From: Schmidtea nova
Lineage: Eukaryota
Assembly: GCA_044892505.1 (NCBI GenBank)
Contig: CM097882.1
Coordinates: forward strand, 220,844,001-220,908,000
DNA: 64,000 nt
Direction of reading: 5' to 3'
This document shows positions 51,836 to 61,086 of this stretch, piece by piece. The position numbers and the translations under genes are program-made. The notes under the pieces were generated by a model, which had not been told where the DNA came from, ran no database searches, and saw only the letters and a list, made by a program, of their open reading frames with translations. Numbering within the stretch: the first letter of the stretch is position 1; every line of letters starts with the position of its first letter.

Positions 51836-52193
51836 CTTTTGCGATTTTTAAGAATTCTTTTACTCTTTCAATGTTTTTACACTGTATCGCATTGTGTAAG
51901 GCTGGTTGTCCTCCTATATCTTTCAATAAGAGTATTTCAGGGATTTTTCTCAATAATTCGGAAATAATTGGTTCGGTTGGTAATCCTTGTGCGTAACGGC
52001 TAATTATATGTCTGATGTCCCTTGATATGCCTACTTCGTCTCTAACATGCCATCTTCCCATTATCTCTCTCGCCTTCAATATGATTTCTTTATTTCTGAT
52101 TTCCTTTTGCCTTATTTCCGCTTTGTCGTCTTCGCTTGTGTTTGCTCTGAGCATATTTATCCTGGCTGTTTGTGATCTGGTTATTATTCGATA
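51836..52193 (-). pseudogene. Ankyrin-repeat segment, 5' part, in frame with the upstream integrase
   Basis: GGQPALHNAIQCKNIERVKEFLKIAK joins ETNQNLDVGNREQETPLM in frame once the insert and one TSD copy are removed. Confidence 0.85.
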
Positions 52194-53540
52194 TTATGGT
52201 GTTGTAGTTATCGTTTTAGGCACTTTCTTACATCTGCAGGTGTTTACATATATGGGTCGTACTAAAGGTTGATTTACTAGCTTGACTTTGACATTATTGT
52301 CTTTTTTGTATATAATTTCATAAGGTCCTCTTCCAGGTCTTTGGCGTTTCTTAACAGTTCCTGGTATTATTTCGGGAGTTTCTATTATCACCCAGTCTCC
52401 TGGTTTTAGATCGTTTGCTTTTACATTTTTCTTTTGGTCGTGTAAGTCCTTATAACTTTCCTGATAAAATTTAATGTTGAGTTCTGCCGTTTTCCATATT
52501 TCCTGCATTCTTTCTTTGAATTTGGTTACGTAATCGTCGTCTTCCATTTATTGCAATAATGGTGGTTGATACTCTAAATCTATGGGCATGTTGCATTCTC
52601 TTCCATACATAAGTTGAAACGGGCTTAGTTTTGTTGCCGCATGTATCGACATTCGGTATGCCATTAAGCATAATTTTATGTATTCGTCCCAATCAGTTTG
52701 GTGTCTGCTGACGTAATTGGATAGCATTCTGATCAATGTGCCGTTGAATCTCTCTGTTTGTCCATTCGTTTGCGGGTGATATGGTGAAGTTCTCAATTTT
52801 GCTATTCTGAAATAGTTTGTCACCTCGTTCAATAACTCACTCATAAAATTAGTTCCTTGGTCTGTGAGTATTTGTTTTGGAGTTCCGTATCTGCAACATA
52901 TTTCTTCTACCAAAATTTTTGCTACTGTTTTTGCTTTTTGGTCTTGCATGGCAAATGCTTCCAGGAATTTTGTCAGATAATTTGTTATCACCAATATATA
53001 AATATTTCCGTTTAGACTTTCCGGTAATGGTCCTATTACGTCCATTGCTATAGTTGTCATTGGCTCTGCTGGTATCGGCATTGGTTGTAGCGGGTTCTTC
53101 CATTTCTTCCCACTATCCTTTCTGGTTGCGCAAGTTAGACAATTTTTAATCCATTCTTTAATATCTTCTTCCATTGTTCGCCAATAATATTTTTGTCTCA
53201 TACGATTTTTTGTCTTTTTCTCGGACATATGACCTCCTAATTTCCCATCATGGTACTGGATCATTATCTCTTTCCTTCTGTTTTCCGGTAAACACATCAA
53301 TCTCTTTTCACCGTCTTGTATCAACAACCATCCTTTGTTTAATATATAGCGATGTTGATATTTTCCTATATGTTCCTTTAGTTCCTTATTATCCTTGAAT
53401 ACCTCCATGTTTCGAGATGTTAGGAACTCTATGATCTGTCCTAATTCTTTGTCTTCCTGTTGATCTTTCTTTAACTCACTAAAATCTAACTCTTCTGCTA
53501 TTAATACACAGATTCGTTGTACATCAGGATCGGTTAATTC
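52194..53540 (-). pseudogene. Integrase of the giant element, with in-frame TAA at 52548 and 52194
   Basis: HDGKLGGH..CLTC; MDVIGP; TDQGTNF; PYHPQTNGQTERFN; GRGPYEI. Confidence 0.93.
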
Positions 53541-53601
53541 CGGAAATGTCAGTCTTTTCTTTTGCCCAATCGCATTTGGATGGCTTGAGTTTTAACTTCC
53601 A

Positions 53602-56600
53602 TTATCTAAGTCTAACGAATACATCTCGCATATCCTGTATGTGTTGTTCGAATGTACTGGAGTAAATTAATAAGTCGTCGATGTAGACCATGCACTGCTT
53701 TATTCCGTGGGTGACGAAATTCATGCATCTCTGAAATGATGCTGGTGCGTTTGTTAGTCCAAATGGCATCTTTCGAAATTGATATAGGTCTCTACCGATG
53801 GTAAAGACAGTTTTCTCTTTATCTTCTTCCTTCATTTTTATTTGCCAATATCCGCTTTTCAGATCTAACGACGTAAAATATGCTGCTCCTTGTAGTGTTA
53901 GTAGCATTTCGTTGATGTCCGGTAATGGGTAAGTATCTCGTTTTGTCACTGTATTCAATCTTCGATAATCTATGCAGAATCTCTGTGTTCCGTCTTTCTT
54001 CTTTACCATTACCACTGGAAATTGCCAGGGTGAACAACTTGGTTCAATTACTTCTGCATCCAACATTTTCTTCACTTCTGCTTCCGCTACTGCTTTCTGT
54101 GCTTCCGCTAGTTTGTACGGCCTTAATGCAATTGGTGTTTCATCTGTTAATGGTATTGTATGTAGTGTGACATCACATGTTCCTAGATCTAAATCGGATG
54201 CTGCAAATATATCCTTATACTCCATCAGCAGTTTTTCTAACTGCTTCTTTTGATCCTCATTTAATAATTCACTATCGATATTCCAGGTTGGTTCTTTATC
54301 TTTCTCTGCTACTTCTATTGGTAGTTCGATATCCATCATTGGGGTTAATTTACCTAATCTTTCGTTTTCGTAGATTATTTTATCCTCCTCGTCGAAATTT
54401 ACCACGTTTATTGGGATTTCTCCATTATCATTTATGTTGACTAGTCCTCTTGCCATTGGCAACGCTTTTCTTTTCTCGAATCTTTTACTTGGTTCGAAAA
54501 TCATATCCCCTTGGATTGTCGGATCTATTTTTACGTAACATATTTTTTCCTTTCTTGCGGGTATTATCATTTGCTTTGAACTTGTCACTTTGGCTTCTAT
54601 TGCGCATATTTGTCCGGTGCGATCTTTTAGTCTCATTGTTCCGAGATCGATTACAATCTCTTTAAATAATGCTGGCATCAAATCTGTTCCGATAATGCAA
54701 GGCACGCTTAATGCTGGTATAACTGCTACGTACGTATCAATTTCCGTGTTTAAATGGCGTATTTTTACCCACCATCTTCCTGCTACTTCCACGATTTCTT
54801 TGCTACATGCAATTACGTGGACGTTTGTCCTGTCTATATCTCGTCTTTGTTCTTGTGGTATCCATTTGATATCGATGGCGGAGATATTTGCTCCAGTGTC
54901 GATCATTGCTTCGATTTCTCTTCCGTTAATTTCTATTGTCGTGGTTAGTACTGGACCTGTGTTTGATGACATTACGGCGATCGTATGTGCGTCTCCTTGT
55001 GGATCTACACTTCTACATCTTCTCATTTTATAATCTTCTGGTATCATGGGGTATACATTTGTCATTGGCATCATTTGCATCGTGGTCGTTCTTCCTCCTT
55101 GTAGTGGTTCTTGATACATGGTTGGTAGAGGTGCGTAACATTTCCATGCGTCGACTGGATTCTTTTCGATGTATTGTGGTGCTTGGTTCTTATACACTTG
55201 TCCTCCCTTATAGTCGTCATCGTCATCATCGTCGTCACTCGAATCATTTTGGGTTTTATATCCTTTCATCCTCTCCCATAAACCTTTTCTTTCTCTCTTG
55301 AGCTGTTGTCTTGCTTGTTCGTCATTCATTATCTTTTTAAATTTTCGTCCCACTTCTTCATCTGTTCCCTTCATTTTTGCGAGTATCTTCAACAATCTCT
55401 TTATTCGATGTATGTCCTTTGAGTGTCCGTGTAACACCATCGTTTTCGCAAGGAATGGTAAAAACCCTACTACCATTTTCCAATTCACTTTCTTTTCTCT
55501 CTTGTAGATATCGAAACACGCTAACATTTGTGTTATTATCACTCTGACGATTTGGATTATTAATATGACCCCCAGTATTCCAGCCATCATTTGTCCGAAT
55601 ATCAGAAATCTTCCCCACATTGCTTTCATCATATTTTCCTTGGCTTTCTTGAAATGTGCTGGTGACAACAACAGTTCATAATTTGGTCCTTCTCGATAAT
55701 TCGTTCCTCCCGTTATCGTTACGATATTTGACAGTAATGCTTCTCTTCTCGCTGGGAATAATATATTCTGCCTTGCTGCTTCTAAGTCCTTTGGACTATA
55801 TATTCCGTTGTTTGAGACATCTAGGTGGCTGAATTGCCTATCCTTTGACAACTGCATTAGCTCGAATTCTCTTGGTGCTATCACTTCGGCTCTTCCTGGG
55901 AACATAACCCATTTACCATCTGGTTTCTGATAAAGCGGTCCGTACGCATTACTACAGTTGAATGGATTTGGTTCAAACCCTTGTGGATTGATGATTCTCG
56001 TCACCGGTTGAACGTATCGTACTTTTCCTTTGTAATCGATTTCTAACTCATTTGTACAGGTTCCAGGTTTCAACTGCGTTGGTGCTGCTAGCGACTCGTG
56101 TGTCTTTTCGCAAATGTATACATACATTGCTTCTCCAACCACTCTTCCGAAATGTCCTTCTCTCAGTGGTAATAATGGCATCGCGCTATCTGGATTCGTA
56201 ATCGCTACGGCCAACTTTGTCTTTAATATTTCTCGATTCAGTATACAATCATTGTTTATCAGATCGTAGTACACTTTTTGTAATGAGGCTTGTCCTCTAT
56301 GGAATAAGAAATCCATTTTATTATTCACATACAGGTGTAGTTTGATATCCATTGTGTCGATTTTGGGTTTCGCATTTGGCACTTCTTGTTTTGACACATA
56401 TATTCCTGGATAATTTGTTTCGTATACCGTTGTACTACACTTAAGGGTTGCTTTCCCTTTTATGAATCTCATTCCTACATCCTGATTTGTGGTTATCAAC
56501 ACTGTTGGTGTGGCTCTCATCTCTATCCGTTTTTCTCTATGATCTGGTTTCAGTTGTTTTTTATTCTCTAAAGCTTCCTTGAGATGCTTTGCTCTAGCTT

Positions 56601-59600
56601 TGTCGTCATCTTCTTCTTCCTGGAACGTTTTTCCTTGAATTTCGTCGAACTTTGCTCCTTGTAGTAGTTGTAATTGACATTCGTTCACCTTTGGTTTGTA
56701 TACTAATGTTGACATTCCCGTTTGACACATGCTCCTGTCGATTTTACACATGGATAACGTTTTCATTTCTCCCGTTGTGGGTTCGAAGAATGCCTCGTAG
56801 CTTTTTAGTTCGACTATGTACGTATCCATCACTACTAAGTTGGTTGCGAGTGTTCCGAATATCGGGTAGGTTTCTCCTTGACAATATCCTTCTCCTCCCG
56901 TAATCCGTCCTGCTACATAGTACGTCTGTTGCAGCATCATTCCTGGCTTTCCTTTTATCTTGATTTTATCTCTTGTTGTTACTTCTCCATGTTTAAACAG
57001 TGCTTCGCAGTCTTCTCCTTGTAACACGATTGGTTCTCTTTCCGTTCCTGGCATGACAATTGCTGAATAATGTCCTCTCCCGCAGTAGAATGCGAATCTC
57101 GTCTTCTGCACTTTGCATTCATTCACCAGTGTCTTTATGAGTTCTGCTTCTTGATACACGTGGTACCATTGTTCCTTTTTAATCTTTTGCAACTCTACTG
57201 GAGTTGCATCTTTGCATTGCTCCGTACCTCTCAATGAATACTTTTCTCCTAACTTCATTTGGTCGCAATCAAACACTTCGAATGCTGTTGCGCTATCGGT
57301 GCTAATCATCCATATCAACATCATCATTATTATAGAACTCAAATTCATTGATGACTTCGCGTTTCCTGTTCCTGCTTGTTCTTTTTCTAACTCTTCCAAT
57401 ATTTTTTCGAATTTCTTTTTCATATTCTTCGCTTGCGTTTTCTTCTGGTCAGTTTTTATAAATGTTTCCCATCCTCCTTTGTTAATGACGTAAGGTTCTA
57501 TTTCTCTAGCTATAATCTTTGCGGTATTTTTTATATGTCTCTCTAATGCAGTGGGTTTTGGTCGACCTCTACTCAGTGTCAACAGATGGTAGATCGTGTA
57601 TGCAATGGCTATTACGTATTTATTATCCGTTTCCGCTCCTTCTGTCAATTTCTTTATTAACGTAGTGGTTCCTTGCCAGTCTAAATGATTTGACTTCGTC
57701 TTTTCTTTTATGAATTCCGGTAAGATGGGTGCGATTGCGCTGTGTAGTGACTTCGCCTTTTCGCTTATTTCGGTTATACGCCAGTATTTTCTCAATTCTG
57801 GATCAATTATTGCCAATATTTCCATTATTGTTTTCGATATCCATTCCTCCCCTTGACATATTGGTGTTGTCTCTTTTTCTTTTATCTCCGCGATTTTATT
57901 TAATTTCCTTAGACACAATTCCCATTGATCTTGTCTCTTTTCATCCTTATTTCTGATGACTACATTCGCTGGATCTGTCTTGGGTCTACCTCGAGGTCGT
58001 CTATCCATTCCTGTACCTGTTTCCACAAACCTTGTTGCCCGTCCGGTTTCTTCCGTGACATCTCTTGGTTCGTTAGCTCTTTCTTCTAACCATCTTTCCA
58101 TTTCCTGGGTTAATTGTACATTTTCGACATTCGCTCTTCTCGTTTCGTCTTCTGTCAAATCGTTTATTTCTTCTATTATTATCTCTTCTTCGACTTCTGT
58201 TTCTCCGGTATTGGTTACTTGTATTGTCGTAGGTAGTTCTTGTATTCTTTCGAAAATGTTGTCGTCTTTTTCCTTTGTTAATTCGGTTAGCTCTTCTATC
58301 ATATCGTCGCTATCCGTTAAAATTTCGTCCACGTCGTATGGTTGTGGTGGAGTCATTTCTCTATTCCCTCTGGGTGTTGTCTCAGATCGTCTTGAACTTG
58401 TCCCTGGCGTTAGTACTGATTTCATCGGGCTCGGCGTATTTATACTTCCGTGTATTTTATGGTTTTCTTCCTTACGTTTCAATGGTTGACCCGCTATTGC
58501 TTCTATTGTCAGGGTATTCATGAGATCTAGTTGTGCTGGCGTTATTCCAATTTCCAAACTGTTATCTAATGATCGTCCTTGGTGTTGTAAATGGAATGGT
58601 GGTTCGTATCTCAATTTCTTTTTAATATCTCGAATTTTTTCTGCTATTCCTACCCACAACTCTTCCTTATCCTTGTTTGGGTATATTATTCTTAAATGTA
58701 CTTTTTGTGGAATTTCTTGCGAGAATTCTTGATTTCTCCATTTCCTAATTACGTGGTCTAGTTGTTCCGGACACCACTCGTTAACTCTTTTATATTCTGC
58801 TATTGCTTTTGCTACTTTACGCAAGCATGTTATATCTTCTCCATTGACCACGAAAAAATCTGCGAGACCTTTTATTAATTTTCTCTTACCGTGTGCATTG
58901 GTTTTTAATATTTTGACAAATTCTTCCGTTTTTTGCTTTTCCCTTTCTAGCCACATAGCCGCGGTTTCTGGTCCATCTAGATCTATCGGTGTAGCTTTCC
59001 TTGTCACCATGCAAACCCTTCCCATTTCTGGTTCGCAGTCATCTTCCATTCCTCTTTCATATTCTTCTTCATATTCCCCTTCTTTTGGTTCCCAACATTT
59101 TCCTTTCTCGTTCCATTGTTTTTCTACGGGTGTTCGTATTCGTCTGTTGAGATTGAGTTCTTCTAATACATTTTCCCACTCTGGCCAAATTCGCCAATTT
59201 CGATAGATATCTACTATTTGTTGTAATTTGCGCACAACTTCTTTTTGTCGTTCTCGTTCTCTTTGCTCATCTTTAGCAGTTTCCCTTGGTGTATCGTCCA
59301 TTCTGATAACGTGGATTGTTTGGTAATTATCCCATATGCCAATCTTATATAGACGTCTCTCATCGTGATCCCATAATACATGTTCGTTATATTTCATGAT
59401 TATGTCGTCTTCCCATTCGTCTTCTGGTTCTCTTTGCACTAGTGTCTCGTTTATGACCTTTACTAATTCTCTTATGGTACAATCTGCTACCACTTCAATT
59501 TCTTTGGTATCCTCATTAGGTAACTTTACTGAAATTTTTAGATCCGTTATTTTCCCTTGTCTGAACATTGTTTTCCCCATTTTTGCAATTAATTTGTCGT

Positions 59601-60912
59601 GTGAGATCTGTGACCATCTCGTGTGACTTGTGTCGCGTATGCACTCAATACATCGTTTCAATTTCTCGTATTCGCTTCTTATTAACTCCTTTCTATGTTT
59701 TTTGACTTGTGGTATGATTTGTTCTATCAGGGAATTTAGATTCTTTCGTAAGACTCGTCCTTTCTCGTATTCTAATCGAGGTTTTATTCTCCTTTCGAAG
59801 CACGTGTTTGCCTCCTTTGCAACTTCTTGTAGGTTCTCTTCTTCCTTTTCATCACATATTGATAACAGGGTTACTTCTCCTGGCCATATACCTGTTTCTA
59901 CTAAGTGCGTTCTTTTCTTTACGAGTCTGTTCTGTGAATAGATGAATTTGTTTTTATATGAGCTACCTAGTCTATCCTCTACCCATCTGTAGATATCGTC
60001 CGTAAATGGAGTTTTGATCCAGATTCTTGGTGTAGATGTATTTATTATTATTGAGATGGTGTAATTGAGGAGTGGTTCCTCTATTAATTTCCCTACGTAT
60101 CGATTTAACATGTCTACTTCCCGGTCTTGTAACCATTCTTTGTAGTTCGTTTGTAATAATGCTTTCATGAATTTCCGATATTGTTTCTTGTCCATGAACT
60201 CTTCTTTATATATTACTTCTAGCGAGTTATCTAGTAATTTCTGGATTTCATCTACTTTTATCTGTGTAGGTTCTGAGGTCTTTATTACTTCTCTCTCTTT
60301 ATTTTCGTCTTCGGGTTCGTTTAATATGTCTCCTGCTAGGCTACTGATGTCGCTATCTCCTTCCTCATCGGAGAACTCTCTGGTGGTATTTCTTAACATA
60401 TTAATCTGTGCTATTTGGTTCGTTTCCCCCTGTATATTCTCCGTTGGTTTTGTTTCGTTTTTGCTAATTTCTGGTGTTTGTTCATTTTTGTCCTCTATTA
60501 CTTCGACTTTTCTCATTTTCTTTTCCAACTCATCTATTTCTTTTAAACGTCTTCTTATCATTTTTCCTTTAAATATTCGACTGATTCGGGTTTCGTGACG
60601 CACTGGTGGTGGAATTTCTTCTGGTTCTATTTCTTTAATAATCATCACGTTTCTTTTTGTTTCTACTACTCCCATGTTTTCCCATATATCCGTTAATTCC
60701 AACTTTACCTTTGGCGCACCTTCTATTTGTAGGAACGCTTCTCTGGGCAGTTTCGTTACTCCTGGAACCATCTGGTTTACTTTGTTGAATAATATTCTCA
60801 CTTCTTCTTTTACGTTATACTGGAATCTAAACACGGATTTGTTGGGCATGATTACCATCATTCCTCTTTTCCAAATCTCCCTCCTCTCTTCCTGGTTTAT
60901 CTCAGTTTCCAC
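53602..60912 (-). CDS. pol: Giant-element polyprotein core: 2-4 UBL-like domains, Bcl-2-like domain (~57460-57850), signal + class III glycoprotein + TM (~55430-57350), protease (DTG 54892-54900), RT (YIDD 53674-53685); RNase H deleted
   Basis: YVINKGGWETF; IIMMMLIWMISTDSATA-FEVFDC; NDCILNREIL..A.TNP; GEAMYVYIC; AMIDTGANIS; VKKKDGTQRFCIDYRRLN. Confidence 0.92.
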   Translation of the reverse strand: METEINQEERREIWKRGMMVIMPNKSVFRFQYNVKEEVRILFNKVNQMVPGVTKLPREAFLQIEGAPKVKLELTDIWENMGVVETKRNVMIIKEIEPEEIPPPVRHETRISRIFKGKMIRRRLKEIDELEKKMRKVEVIEDKNEQTPEISKNETKPTENIQGETNQIAQINMLRNTTREFSDEEGDSDISSLAGDILNEPEDENKEREVIKTSEPTQIKVDEIQKLLDNSLEVIYKEEFMDKKQYRKFMKALLQTNYKEWLQDREVDMLNRYVGKLIEEPLLNYTISIIINTSTPRIWIKTPFTDDIYRWVEDRLGSSYKNKFIYSQNRLVKKRTHLVETGIWPGEVTLLSICDEKEEENLQEVAKEANTCFERRIKPRLEYEKGRVLRKNLNSLIEQIIPQVKKHRKELIRSEYEKLKRCIECIRDTSHTRWSQISHDKLIAKMGKTMFRQGKITDLKISVKLPNEDTKEIEVVADCTIRELVKVINETLVQREPEDEWEDDIIMKYNEHVLWDHDERRLYKIGIWDNYQTIHVIRMDDTPRETAKDEQRERERQKEVVRKLQQIVDIYRNWRIWPEWENVLEELNLNRRIRTPVEKQWNEKGKCWEPKEGEYEEEYERGMEDDCEPEMGRVCMVTRKATPIDLDGPETAAMWLEREKQKTEEFVKILKTNAHGKRKLIKGLADFFVVNGEDITCLRKVAKAIAEYKRVNEWCPEQLDHVIRKWRNQEFSQEIPQKVHLRIIYPNKDKEELWVGIAEKIRDIKKKLRYEPPFHLQHQGRSLDNSLEIGITPAQLDLMNTLTIEAIAGQPLKRKEENHKIHGSINTPSPMKSVLTPGTSSRRSETTPRGNREMTPPQPYDVDEILTDSDDMIEELTELTKEKDDNIFERIQELPTTIQVTNTGETEVEEEIIIEEINDLTEDETRRANVENVQLTQEMERWLEERANEPRDVTEETGRATRFVETGTGMDRRPRGRPKTDPANVVIRNKDEKRQDQWELCLRKLNKIAEIKEKETTPICQGEEWISKTIMEILAIIDPELRKYWRITEISEKAKSLHSAIAPILPEFIKEKTKSNHLDWQGTTTLIKKLTEGAETDNKYVIAIAYTIYHLLTLSRGRPKPTALERHIKNTAKIIAREIEPYVINKGGWETFIKTDQKKTQAKNMKKKFEKILEELEKEQAGTGNAKSSMNLSSIIMMMLIWMISTDSATAFEVFDCDQMKLGEKYSLRGTEQCKDATPVELQKIKKEQWYHVYQEAELIKTLVNECKVQKTRFAFYCGRGHYSAIVMPGTEREPIVLQGEDCEALFKHGEVTTRDKIKIKGKPGMMLQQTYYVAGRITGGEGYCQGETYPIFGTLATNLVVMDTYIVELKSYEAFFEPTTGEMKTLSMCKIDRSMCQTGMSTLVYKPKVNECQLQLLQGAKFDEIQGKTFQEEEDDDKARAKHLKEALENKKQLKPDHREKRIEMRATPTVLITTNQDVGMRFIKGKATLKCSTTVYETNYPGIYVSKQEVPNAKPKIDTMDIKLHLYVNNKMDFLFHRGQASLQKVYYDLINNDCILNREILKTKLAVAITNPDSAMPLLPLREGHFGRVVGEAMYVYICEKTHESLAAPTQLKPGTCTNELEIDYKGKVRYVQPVTRIINPQGFEPNPFNCSNAYGPLYQKPDGKWVMFPGRAEVIAPREFELMQLSKDRQFSHLDVSNNGIYSPKDLEAARQNILFPARREALLSNIVTITGGTNYREGPNYELLLSPAHFKKAKENMMKAMWGRFLIFGQMMAGILGVILIIQIVRVIITQMLACFDIYKREKKVNWKMVVGFLPFLAKTMVLHGHSKDIHRIKRLLKILAKMKGTDEEVGRKFKKIMNDEQARQQLKRERKGLWERMKGYKTQNDSSDDDDDDDDYKGGQVYKNQAPQYIEKNPVDAWKCYAPLPTMYQEPLQGGRTTTMQMMPMTNVYPMIPEDYKMRRCRSVDPQGDAHTIAVMSSNTGPVLTTTIEINGREIEAMIDTGANISAIDIKWIPQEQRRDIDRTNVHVIACSKEIVEVAGRWWVKIRHLNTEIDTYVAVIPALSVPCIIGTDLMPALFKEIVIDLGTMRLKDRTGQICAIEAKVTSSKQMIIPARKEKICYVKIDPTIQGDMIFEPSKRFEKRKALPMARGLVNINDNGEIPINVVNFDEEDKIIYENERLGKLTPMMDIELPIEVAEKDKEPTWNIDSELLNEDQKKQLEKLLMEYKDIFAASDLDLGTCDVTLHTIPLTDETPIALRPYKLAEAQKAVAEAEVKKMLDAEVIEPSCSPWQFPVVMVKKKDGTQRFCIDYRRLNTVTKRDTYPLPDINEMLLTLQGAAYFTSLDLKSGYWQIKMKEEDKEKTVFTIGRDLYQFRKMPFGLTNAPASFQRCMNFVTHGIKQCMVYIDDLLIYSSTFEQHIQDMRDVFVRLR

Positions 60913-61086
60913 TCCCTTTTCTGCTTCTTTTTCTACTTCCTCATCTTTTTGTACTATCTATTTTCGACTTTCGTTGTCGGCTGGATTCGGGTCTATCGAA
61001 TTTATTTCCGGTGTGGTTTCTTTCTCGTGGTTATCTGTTTGCTTTGTTGCTCTCATCATGTTAATTCTTAGAGGTTGTCGTTCTCT

